In this document: piece by piece, positions 1 through 11,600 of the stretch
Position numbering within the stretch: position 1 is the stretch's first letter
Layout of the letters: every line of letters begins with the position of its first letter
NCBI RefSeq assembly: GCF_040938485.1
Contig: NW_027271169.1
Span: forward strand, 62,001 to 126,000
Origin: Diadema antillarum
Lineage: Eukaryota
Length of the DNA stretch: 64,000 bases
Reading direction: 5' to 3'
Made by a program: the position numbers and the translations under genes
The notes under the pieces: model-generated
What the model was told of the DNA's origin: nothing
The model's database searches: none
Seen by the model: the letters and a program-made list of their open reading frames with translations, nothing else

Positions 1-1744
1 TTGGATTTGTCTGTCACCTTCTCTCTGTACTGGTCGGGGGTTAAATACTCACATAGACACCAATCATCACCAAAATTCCAAAAGTAGAAGAAACTAAATA
101 TTGTTCCACAATACCAAATGCAAAATGCGTTAGAATGATAAAATTTACATGGATAACACCAATGCTACTAACGGCATATTTATTCCAACGACCTGCCTTC
201 CTGTAGGTCTGAAACAAAAAACTTCTTCACAAACAAGTTTCTTTCCACACAACTTAGTTTAGCATTCCACTCATCACTTAGGAAAGTCTTTACGGCTTTT
301 GAGACCATTTCATATACCGTCTTATTCTATGGGAAATGGAGGGATTTAGTTAGTTGGGAGAAATGATGCTAGTGGGTGTGGTCACTTATCTCGACATCGG
401 TACGGTCGACGAATGAGGTCCTTGTCTGCATGTCATTGTCGATCTCGTCAGTGTGGCTGGGCCGTCCGTTGAGTGGTATGCTGTCGCGCTCTCAGTCGAC
501 TCTTCGTCACCATCACTGTCCACTTTGTATCAGTCTGACAGGGCGCTTCAACATCTCCGATGACACCAGTTGACTATTTGGAGTTTGTAATTGCACTCCA
601 AATTGGCGTAAACCAAAGTTTTGTCTTATCGTGACGCACAGTTTCTCCTCATGTGCTGCTGCTCGCCGATTCAGTTACGACAGTCAGATCCTCATCACAT
701 TCACAGCGTCGATAAAGATTAGTTGATTGACTTTGAGGGGGCATGATGTACCAAGGAAGGAGAACTCCTGTCTTTATCTCTGTGGTCTCCAACTATTCTC
801 AAAGTTCCTCAAAGTTCCAAAATGCTCTGCAGCCTTAGCTTCACTATATAGTGTGAAGCCGCTCCCATTGTGCTTGCCACTCTAACTGATTTCTCGGCTC
901 AGACATGTTTTTTATAACTGATTTACTAACAAACTTCCTTTCTCTATAGCATTTCATTGGCTCAATCTTATATTGGGGTGTGGTGTTCACTAGAAATTAA
1001 TTCCTTATTGGTCAAAATGTTCAATTTGCTCATCCTATTCGTTTCTGTGAGAATTCAATTTTCTAATGATTCATCTCAGTTTCTGATTAATTCGCCCACT
1101 GTCTTTTAGTTTCTTCATTCACTTCTTCTCTGTAACCACTGGTAAAGACTTTATTGTTTCTTTTTATTAAAATGACAAACCAAATGGATATTAGTGTCCT
1201 TATGACAACCAACGTCATCGTTGTTCTGGGTCGTTGTCCCTGAATTTGTCTTTGGAGTTCCTGTTGGACCCACTCCACTAAACAATGAATGCTAGAATAG
1301 AGGGATACATTTTGGCAGGAGGGCCACCTTCCAGCTCAGAGGGTCATTTATGTTTGGGGATCAGAGGGCAAAAACACGTCATCACGTTATTCCCCGTAAT
1401 TTGGTGCGGGGCTTTGGGGATGGAGAGTGCTGACCACTAGCGGGGAAAGTAGCCAATGTCAAACTCATAAATTCCTTTCACCATAGAATTTTCTTGGAAG
1501 AGGGGGGTTTGAAAAAAAGGGAACAGCTGGAAGGAAGATACTAGTAAACGGTTTTAAAAACTCCAGGAAGAGGAAAATACTTAGCATATTGGCGTCACAG
1601 GGTGTCTAGGAAAACGACTGCAGTGATCTGTTTTCTTTTGCTCTCTATCCTATTCTATTCTATTCTATTCTATTCTATTTTATCCTTTATGATAAACATG
1701 TGCTAGTAGCCATCTGGGCTACAATTGTGTTTGTTTTGTACATC

Positions 1745-2260
1745 CTCTAAAGATCACCAGAGGTCAAAGGTAGAGCCCTGTCTGTGCTCTTTGGAATATG
1801 AAGACAATTTCTTGTAAAACAGATATGCTTGTTTTGTACATCTTAACCATGTTTATCATTAACTAATGCCACCACAGATCAATATTATGATATTTTGAGG
1901 TCATTGACCTCTAAAGATCTCCAGAGGTCAGAGGTAGAAACCTGTCTTTGCTCTTTGGAATATGAAGACAGTTTCATTGTAAAACAGATAGCTTGTTTTG
2001 CACATCTTAATCATGTTTATCATTACCTAATAACATCACAGATCACTACTCTGGTATTTTGAGGTCATTGACCTCTAAAGGTCATCAGAGGTCAAAGGTA
2101 GAAACCTGTCAATGCCCTGTGGAATCAGAAGAATTATAGTACAAATGCATATTTAGTGCAGCGTAACCAACGTCTAGGTATCTTTCACAAATGCCTTCAA
2201 ACATCAATATTCTGATATTTGAAGTTCATTGACCTCTGGAGGTCATCAGAGGTCAAATCA
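1745..2260. repeat. ~164-bp tandem repeat rich in AGGTCA/TGACCT, about 3 copies
   Basis: CTCTAAAG anchor recurs at 1745, 1909 and 2073, and the units align along their length. Confidence 0.8.
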
Positions 2261-2380
2261 GACTTACCTCCCGATCTTAAAATGAATCTTATGGTATGTA
2301 CTAACACTGGTGAAAGTTTCATGCTTTAGTCAAATTTTGCACAATTCTCATGATTTTGAGGGCTTAACCGCTCTACTATT

Positions 2381-2433
2381 ATTCGTCCGTTCGTTCATTC
2401 ATTCATTCATTCATTCATTCATTCATTCATTCA
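2381..2433. repeat. (ATTC)n microsatellite
   Basis: Nine perfect ATTC units at 2397-2432. Confidence 0.95.
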
Positions 2434-2455
2434 TTTTTCCTCTGCTCTTTGTTAG

Positions 2456-2675
2456 GAATTGGTTGGGCCATGGTGATCATCTCTGGCATGGTAGCCATCT
2501 ACTACAACATCATCATGGCATGGAGCACGCTCTTCTTCTTACGTTCGTTTACTTACGACGTGCCGTGGAAGGCGTGCAACCACACGTGGAATACGGAGGC
2601 GTGTCAGGAGAATCAGACTGTTGCCTTGGAGCTCGGTCTCAACCGCACCCGACGCCCCTCCCAGGAATTCTTCTA
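2456..2675 (+). CDS. SLC6 exon (TM3-EL2)
   Basis: gttag|GA...TA|gtgagt; encodes [23 protein letters not shown]...[10 protein letters not shown]...PSQEFF. Confidence 0.92.
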
Positions 2676-5600
2676 GTGAGTTCATTGACCTTTCTTGTTT
2701 CACTCAGTGAAACGTCTTGGGTCAGAGTCTGCCTCTGAAATTTATAATAGTTGAGGGGTTTTTATTTCTACACCTCCGTGTTTAGTAGCTCCATGGTGTG
2801 TGGGGGGAGGGGGGTTACAGGGGTTTCGTTTGTTTGTGTCCTTATTTGTTTGGCAGATGGGGCAATGATGAAAGAATGGATGGATGAATGAATGAATGAA
2901 TGAATGAATGAATGAATGTATGAGTAAATGAATGAGTGAATAAGTGGATGGATGAATGAATGAATGAATAAGTGGATGGATGGATAAATGATTGATTGAA
3001 TGAATTATTAACAAACGAGTGGATGAATGAATGAATGAATGATTGATTGATTGGTTGATTGATTGATTGATTTAATTAATAAATAGATGAAAGAATTAAT
3101 GAAAGTAAATGATTGATTGATTGTGGCTGATTGATAAATTGATTAATTGATTAATTAGTTGCATGAATGAGTGAATAAATGCATGAATGAATGCATGATT
3201 GATTGACTGACTGACTGAATGAATGAATGAATGAATGAATGAAAGAAAGAAGTAACAAAGCTGGCTTCCCTGTTTCCCTGGCAGTAACTACATCCTGAAT
3301 GTGGACGGACACACGATGGATGACATGGGGGCGCTCCGGTGGGAGTTGGCTCTCTGTCTCCTCTTCACCTGGATCGTCATCTTTTTCTGCATCTTCAAGA
3401 GCGTCAAGAGTTCGGGCAAGGTGAGTATCGCAGCAACGCACTAACATGTGTGTCATTAACAGGGGCTCCCGCCTAGAATGTAAGTGTACGCGTACGAGTG
3501 CGTTGCAGATTTGTCATCATCAAAAGTGTGTGTGTGAGAATCTGACACCCCGTAACGCATGCTCATTCATGATTTGGTATTTGGTAATAAATTTGTTTTT
3601 GTTTTTGTTTTTCATCGTGTGAATAGAGACCTTTTGGGGAGCTGATGAACACAACAACTTCCAGCGCAATGATTTGAGGAATGATAATAAATGAAACTTG
3701 TAATTAGGATTATAGTAATGGTAATGGTAATGATATTTGTTTAAGTAACAGTATTTCATTCATAGAAAAATCACGCATGCAGCGACAAGCTTAAGACTGA
3801 ATTTTTACGTCTCGTTACAGTGGTAATAATGAGAGTTTACTGGCTTATTGCACTAGAGTACACGATGGTGACATGAGATAAAATCTTTACTCAAACTAAG
3901 AAACACCTGAATGAAACAAACGTCACTGTTACCTTGGAAACTGTCACAATGGAATTATTATCACCGAAATAAATTCAGAATTATTATGGACACAATTGAA
4001 ATTATCGAGAGACAGTTTTTCTCAGCACGACAGCAATAGACTGCGCAAATTGAGTGTGTGTGTGTGTGTGTGTTTGTAAAATAAAATGAGAAAGATATAT
4101 ACTAATAATGACAATGATAACCACAATGTAACCAAATGTTCGTGTCAATGTGCTGTTCATCGTTCCGCCCATTTTACATGTGCTCCTCTTTTGCGTCTTT
4201 TGTAACAGGTGGTCTACTTTACCGCTACGTTTCCGTACATCATTCTTACCATACTGTTGATCCGGGGAGTGACGCTAGAGGGCGCTCACATTGGGATCAA
4301 CTATTATCTCAGTCCGCGTTGGGAAGAACTCGCCAAACCCTCGGTCAGTATAACATGGGGATGATGAATGCTGACGGCGTGAACAAAATGCAAGAATGCA
4401 TTAACGAAGATTGAGTTTACGGTTCGCCATGTGGTAATTCCTGAAGGGGACTATTGGAAGAGGAGATAGTAGATAAAATGAAGAGGGAGGAGTGAGAAAA
4501 GGAGAGGCAATCAGATGGAGAGTAAGAGAGAGTAAATGTATTCTTTCTTGAAAATGTGTGAAGTCCTGGAAAGGACTGTGAACCATGTAGAGAGGGCGAA
4601 AAGAAGAGAAGGCTCGACGTTCCGGACAGCTTGGCTGTCCGTCCTCAGGAGTGAATAAGTACTGGGAGTGCCCAGGTATGAGAATGCATTACTAGTAATT
4701 AATCACCGATTAAAGCGTGGTACATCCATACTTTCGCATTTGACAAGATACGTTCATGCTATGAGTAAGCTATCTTACGCAGCTGCTATAAGGTACAAAG
4801 CGAGTGAGTAAGTTGCAAAGAAGCTTTAAATAAAGTGCAATGTGTGAAAACCGTAAGCATTACTATGACACAAGAATGATGGGCCCTCTTTTTATGTACA
4901 GTTTCTCTTTCACAGAGAACAGAGAAAATTAAGAATCTCCTCTTGATGTAGCTTTGCAACCATTGACGTATTGACAGAGTCAGAGTAAGATGAGGGAACG
5001 ACTTCCCAGCCCATCTGTACTTGGTGAATGAGCTGTCACACTGGTAAACGCTAAAATGCCACATTTGCAATTTTAGGTTCGTGTGCTTCTGATATTATCA
5101 TGGCAAACAGTGTTGTACATTTGTCGGTGCCATCGACTAATTTCAGAGTGGTCATTCTAAACCCTAGATAGCTGATATGCCTCGGGTGTGTCAGCGTTCA
5201 GTTCTTCTCAAAAAGTTCAAGAACAAAAATTAATTCGGTTCATGACGATACACCTCTTCTAACGCGATGACAACAAAAGAATAAAACATATATTTTAATG
5301 ATAGAGGGTCCAAAATGTAAGCTGCACTTCAAGTTCGCATGACAATTGTGTGAGAATCACTTCTGCTCACACTCGTCGTTGGCGCAGTGCCCACAATTTA
5401 CAACTAATGTTGGATCCGTTGCTAAGATACCAGAGATTGGTGTCACTGACCTTTGCACTGATTCCGCCTCACCCCTTCATCCTTTCAGGTTTGGAGCGCT
5501 GCAGCCACCCAGATTTTCTACTCTCTCGGCCCGGCCTGGGGTGGCGTGCTCACATTCGCCAGCTACAACAAGATCAACAACAATTGTTTGATGTAAGTTC

Positions 5601-8600
5601 TGGTGTATGTGATAGATTCATAGCTGTTTGAATGCGTTTTCATTCACTTATTTCACAAATAAAATGCGAAGATATGTTTGGACAAGACAAAGTAAATGGT
5701 ATTTTATTTTATGCAAGTAACAATAGAAAAGAAAACAGCAACAACAAATATCATATCGCAAGTGGTAGTTAAATATCAATCAGTGTTTGGATAATATTGA
5801 TCACGTGGTAGTGTAAACAGTGCCACACGATACCATTATGACACCAAGTGGTCGAGCAGTAATGCTCCTAAAGTGCTGTAACCATTCCGAATGATAACGC
5901 ACATGTTGCTCTTGGTGGCCGAGAAAACACAAACTGTTCCTACCTCAGGGTTTCAGAAGCTTATTAGGGGGTTATTGAGACCCTCAGTAACGTTTCAAAC
6001 CGGTCGGGTTGAACATTCTGCCTGCTCCCTACCCTGACACTAATCATCTATCAAACGTTTTGTGAAAAAAAAAAAGTCAGTGTATTGTCGCTCGTCAAGG
6101 ACCAGAGAGACTGACCCGACTCGGGTCCTCTTCGGGCTTTCAGACATTTCCGTGACTCACCGGCAAAAGCTATTGTTCAAAGTACACCACGTGTGAGAGA
6201 GCTCTCTCTCCTCCCAAGCAGAAAGTGCTATAAAGCGTTCGCTTGGGATTTCGTCTAATTTCGTCTCATTTTGCACACAGTCACTAATGAAGGTTATAGA
6301 ATCCATGCCCCACGAATCGCGACAATATGGCACTTGTGCGCTTGAAGGAAGTTCAATAGTTTAATCTTACAGTTTGAAAGTTTTCTGGCAATCAGACTAT
6401 GTAACTTGTACGACAGGCAGTCCAGAATACATGGTAGAAATGGAAAAAAAATACTAACGACTATAAAGAGACGGCTACATCCATCGACATCCATACTCGC
6501 GTACATATTTGCCAGCTCTTCTCTTCAAGTGGTAGCAATAATGATTGGAGTGTATTAATAGATGTAGTATGTCCTTGAATCACGTAACGATTTATGAACC
6601 GTTTGCTGTTCTTCTTTCAGTGACGCCATCGTGCTCCCGTTCATCAACTGTCTGAGCAGTTTCTACGCCGGCTTCGTGGTCTTCGCCACGCTTGGCTTCA
6701 TGTCCTACAAGACCGGCCTCCCAATCGATGACGTTGCCGTCGACGGTAAGTTGTCAGTCTCAGCTTAACACCATTTTAAGGTGCGTTTATAGCAAACTGT
6801 TCTGGCTAGAAACATGGTTTTGAACCCGTGTCTTATGGTTTCAATTTTTCTGTAAACGGTAATCGTGATTACAAACACGATTTCGAAACATGGTTTTGAA
6901 ACGCACTGTTTAGGTGCGATTGAAAACCATGTTTCACTAGAAACAAGGTTTTGCAAGTTTGAGGCCACCGTGATTAAAAAGAAAGAAGAAGAAGTTTATA
7001 TGACGTCACAGTTTCGCGCTCCCTTTTCGACCAATCAAAATGCCAGGGGTCAAGCTGCGCATAGTGCGATGCGCAATGGCGGAGTCCGAGAGAGCCGGAA
7101 ACACGCTCGGGGGGGACTCAGGATTATAAACGCTGCTCTGTCAAACCATGTTTCAAAACCGTGTTTCAAAACCATGTTTGAAAACCATGTTTGAAAACCA
7201 TGTTTCAAAATGGTGTTTCTTGGTACACTTAAAATTTTGAAACGCAGCCAAAGATGTAGACCACTGCCTCTGACTGACTACCCTGCATAATTATGATGAA
7301 CACATTGGTGATTGCTTTTTGTATTACATTACAAACCAAAATTTTTAATCTTGAAGGAGATGAATCATTTCCTCCTTCATTTTCAGTTTGTCGTGATGGC
7401 AGCTCTTTACGCATCTCCCGCTCTGAACACAACGCCCACTCTTACATCGTGAAATGGTCTTGTCAGCGTCTGTTTGCCTTTGACGAACGTAGGTCATTAT
7501 GTATTTATATTTTTTTTTTCAAACTTTAAATAAATTCCTCTGTTTGATCTGTTCTGTGTTAAACCCAAGGCCCCGGATTGGTGTTCGTGACCTACCCGGA
7601 AGCAATCTCCCAGATGCCCGTCGCCCCTCTCTGGGCCATTCTCTTCTTCTTTATGCTCTTCCTCGTCGGGCTCGACACTCAGGTAACCCTAAGACAGGAA
7701 CGGTGCCAGGAATTCCTTAAAGGGGGAGGGGATGCCTTTACAAAATTAAAGAGGGGCGCATGTGCCCCCCCCCATTTTTTCTTTTCATTTCTTTTGTTTT
7801 TAAAAAAATAAGAAAATTTTACAAATAAAGGGGGGGGGGGGTGCGTCCGGTGCGCCAGCGCATAGATCCTGTAGATTCTCGAAGATTCTGTAGAAGTGAG
7901 GAAAGCTTACATTGCAGGTGAAGCAAACTTTACAGATGATGTTAGCGTACTTTACCTTCATCTTATGTACCTGTCGACCCTCGACATGCAAATGCAACAA
8001 AGACAAATTCTTTATGAGTGGGGAAGTCTTCCTTGAAACAAACTTCACAGATGATGTTGGCAAACTTTGGCTCGATAAAAACAAAACAAAACAAACAAAC
8101 AAATGCTTTATGAATGGGGAAATCATTCTGGAAACAAACAACTCGTAAAAATTTAGGCAAACATTCAGCCTAATTTTGTGTACCTAGTGACCCTGGATAG
8201 TGCAAATAAAACTACGACAAATTCATAAAAGTGAGGAGATCATACCTGGCGCAAACAACATATGATTTTGGCAAACTAAAGCCTTACCTTATATCAATCA
8301 GCCCTGAACATATGAATAAAACCAGAACGAATTCTATAGGAATGAAGGAATCTTATTCAAAGCAAATGACACAGCAAATGCTAACGAAATTAAGTCTCAT
8401 CTTATCTACCTTTCGGCTTTTAATGTGCAAATAACCCAGAAATATATCTCGATAAGGACATGAAAGCTACACTGTATATTCACTCTTTGCAAGGGCTTGA
8501 TACTACAGATTGAAAAAAAAAAGAAAGATGTGTTATGAGTTGATTATGTTGATGTTACTGGCATGTTTGTTCAAGCTACTATAGTTTCAGCAGTTTGGTT

Positions 8601-11600
8601 CACAAGAGCGGAGAATGTGTCATAATCATCATGCTATAAGCATGCCAATCAGCTGTGAGGTATAAGCTTGATTTCATAATAGTTCAGTGGTAATAAGTTG
8701 TCCTATGAATCATCTGAAAATCTTTTTTTTTTTTGTCATTAAAGGATTTAGAGTATTAAAGGGATGGTATATTTTTTGTTGAGACCGAATTCAGGTTTCT
8801 AACATTTTTTTTGGTGAGATAATGAGAAACCTCGTATGAAATATGAAAGAGCATGTAATTCTATGAGGAATTCAATGTTTATTTGATGATAATTGGTTTT
8901 GAAATGGCTGAGATATCTAAAACAGATTCATTCTAATAAAGTGTGGGACCCACCTTTTATTACGATCGCTTTGTTTTACTTTGATGTTTCAGTCATTCCA
9001 AACCCGATTTTCATCAAATATACTTTGAATTCCTCTTTAAATGGTATGCTCTGCACTATTTCATAAGTGTTTTCTTGGTATCTTGCAAAAAGTTTAAAGC
9101 CTAATTCTCATCTCCACCAATACTGTACTATCCCTGTAAATAAAGCTAACAAGTTGGTTGAACGTGAGATGCTTATGTTCAGTAAGAGAAGAAGAGGAGA
9201 AATATCGAGATGAGAAGAAAGAGGGAAATGAAGGGAAAACCAAAGGAGGAGGAAGGAGAGGAGGATGAAGATAAAAATAAGAAGAAATTGAAAGTAAGGT
9301 TGGAGGAAATAGGAAGAGGTGGGTGAAGATATATTATAAAAAATGAAGATGAGAAGATGAAATGAAAGACAAAACAAACTGGAAGAAAGATATTCGCATC
9401 TGATGATTCAGAAGAAATAAGACCTCTAGGATATTATGAGGAAGAGTTTTGTATTTAGAATATAAAGAATTATGAGCTACATGACACGTACCACATTTTC
9501 TTTCCCAGTTTGGCATGGTAGAGACGGTCGTAAGTGGCCTGGTTGATTACTTCCCGAATCATCTCCGTAAACACGGAACGTTGGTGGCGCTCGCCGTCTG
9601 CATTTTGTTCTTCCTACTTGGACTTCCTATGGCTACTCAGGTAAACAAGATATTTATTATGCAGCGGTTTTTATATGATATATTTTGCTCATTGACTTGC
9701 TGATGTAGCTGTAGCTCACATCTTTGGTTATTTATCTATCATAATCTATCTATGATTTTACTGATGATGGAATATTTGTTTTGTCTAAACGCACATTTAT
9801 TGTACGATTTCGATATCTGCTTATACGGGAAGTCAAGTGGTTATTTCTCTATTATTTTTTTGAATGGATAAACTGAAAGCATTCGTACCCACGTTTCGTT
9901 GATGACTCAGTGATCAAAAATGAATTCCATGGAGAATGAAAGCCGTATTGGATGTCGAGAATAATCTCTTAAAATTTTACCCTGTTTCAAACGCTTTTTG
10001 ATATAGAGGTTTTTTCATCCAAGCAATATGAAACCTTGACTCTATGATTGGTGTACTGTTACTGGAGCCACTGTGGCAGTAGTGTGATGCACGTATTTGC
10101 AAAATCTATTGTGCTAGTTAATGTCCTATTTCGAATCCATGTGTGTCATTGTGCTAAAAGCGAAACAGAGTCACAAAGATTGTTTATTCCCTCTCGTCTT
10201 TGACTCCAAATGTAACTTTACAGCTGTGCTCAAGTTTACTGCCGTAAACTGAGTAAAATCAGACAAATTTAATTAGTTGACGGAAGTTTCATGAAAGTGA
10301 GACCTCAAATTTGATGAGATTGAGAGGGATATATATTTTTCCTTCCGATTTCCCTCAAAAGTAACGTGTAGTGGAGATTTTAGTGTTGTTCAATGAGGAA
10401 CTTGTTAGGCCATGATAGAAACTCGTAGAACGTGCGTACACTCGTGGTTTTGACTAGTATATCACTACATCGTGAAAACACGTTAAACTTTTAATATCTG
10501 AAGCACCGGAAAACCCCGCAGCCACTCTCCCGTGTGTATGGTGTGTGCGTATGCGTGTGCGAGCGTGCGTGCGTGGAGTGCAGGAGAGTGAATTTGTGTG
10601 TATTTCTGTGCACTGTTTTTTATCATCCCCGCGTCACATTACTCTGAAAGTTAATCTCTATGAAATATGTGAACAGTTTGTTAACATGTGTTATTACGGC
10701 GGTACACAATAGAGGAACCAGGAGAATTCCACAAAATTTCGTCCTGAATGAAAAGTGCACATTCACTCGACGTTTAATTACTGTAACTGACATAAGCTAC
10801 AGAATATTATTAAATATTATTCTGTATATTATTCCCCCTTCTTTCCGAAAGATAGTAGGTCAAAAGCTATGCCAGAAGCATGAAATTGAAATCTGGAATT
10901 CTCTCTGTATTTTCTCTATATTGATCCTCTACTGTTACACGGTACGACGCACTGTTGTCCCGCTAGTTTACATATTCGTGTATTTGGGGTAAATATCCCT
11001 TCAATATTTGTAAGTCGTATTTGCCGGTGCTCACGAATCGAAATGATTACAATTGTCACAGGGTGGGATCTACATGTTTGAGCTGATCAACTGGTACAGC
11101 TGTTGGATCTCCCTCATGCTTGTCGGTGTCTTCGAATGCGTGGCTGTGGCCTGGTTCTACGGTAAGACCTGGTCCAGGACCACAAGTCGTTCACCTCCTC
11201 GACTTCTCGTTAACTTTCATATTCAACTATTACATCGAATGTGTTCTTTGTACAGTTCTCATGATTTATTATTCCATCAATTTTAAGTTGTATAATGAAA
11301 ATTTGTTACTGTACTTTGTCTGTTTGACGTGATAGTTGGTAGAAATGAACAACAAATGTGATAAACGAGAGCGCAATCGGCCTAATGTTTTCCATGCTTT
11401 GCCAGTATTCCTTTACATCTTTCTAATTCCACATTCTTGAAGTTTTAAAAAAAAATGAAAGTGTGATACTTTCTCTCATCGGCAATAACGAATGAGTGAC
11501 GATAACGGACAATATTTGTTCACTTATTGATTCCCCCTTCTTTACAGGCAGGGTAGTCCCATTCATTTGTCTGTAATATTTTCATTTTTACGCACAATCT

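Noticed and set aside
2310-3456. ORFs 2310-2738, 2742-3014 and 3151-3456 with FIHS repeats
   Set aside because: Translations of ATTC/GAAT microsatellites or alternative frames of real exons
7143-7210. Short direct-repeat array as a possible CRISPR
   Set aside because: 13-bp head-to-tail units with no spacers, eukaryotic context and no cas genes
7880-8440. Coding-looking intronic segment ([12 protein letters not shown]; ORFs 7912-8148 and 8231-8434)
   Set aside because: Contains a roughly 115-bp imperfect duplication and stops; no recognisable domain; would need tBLASTx
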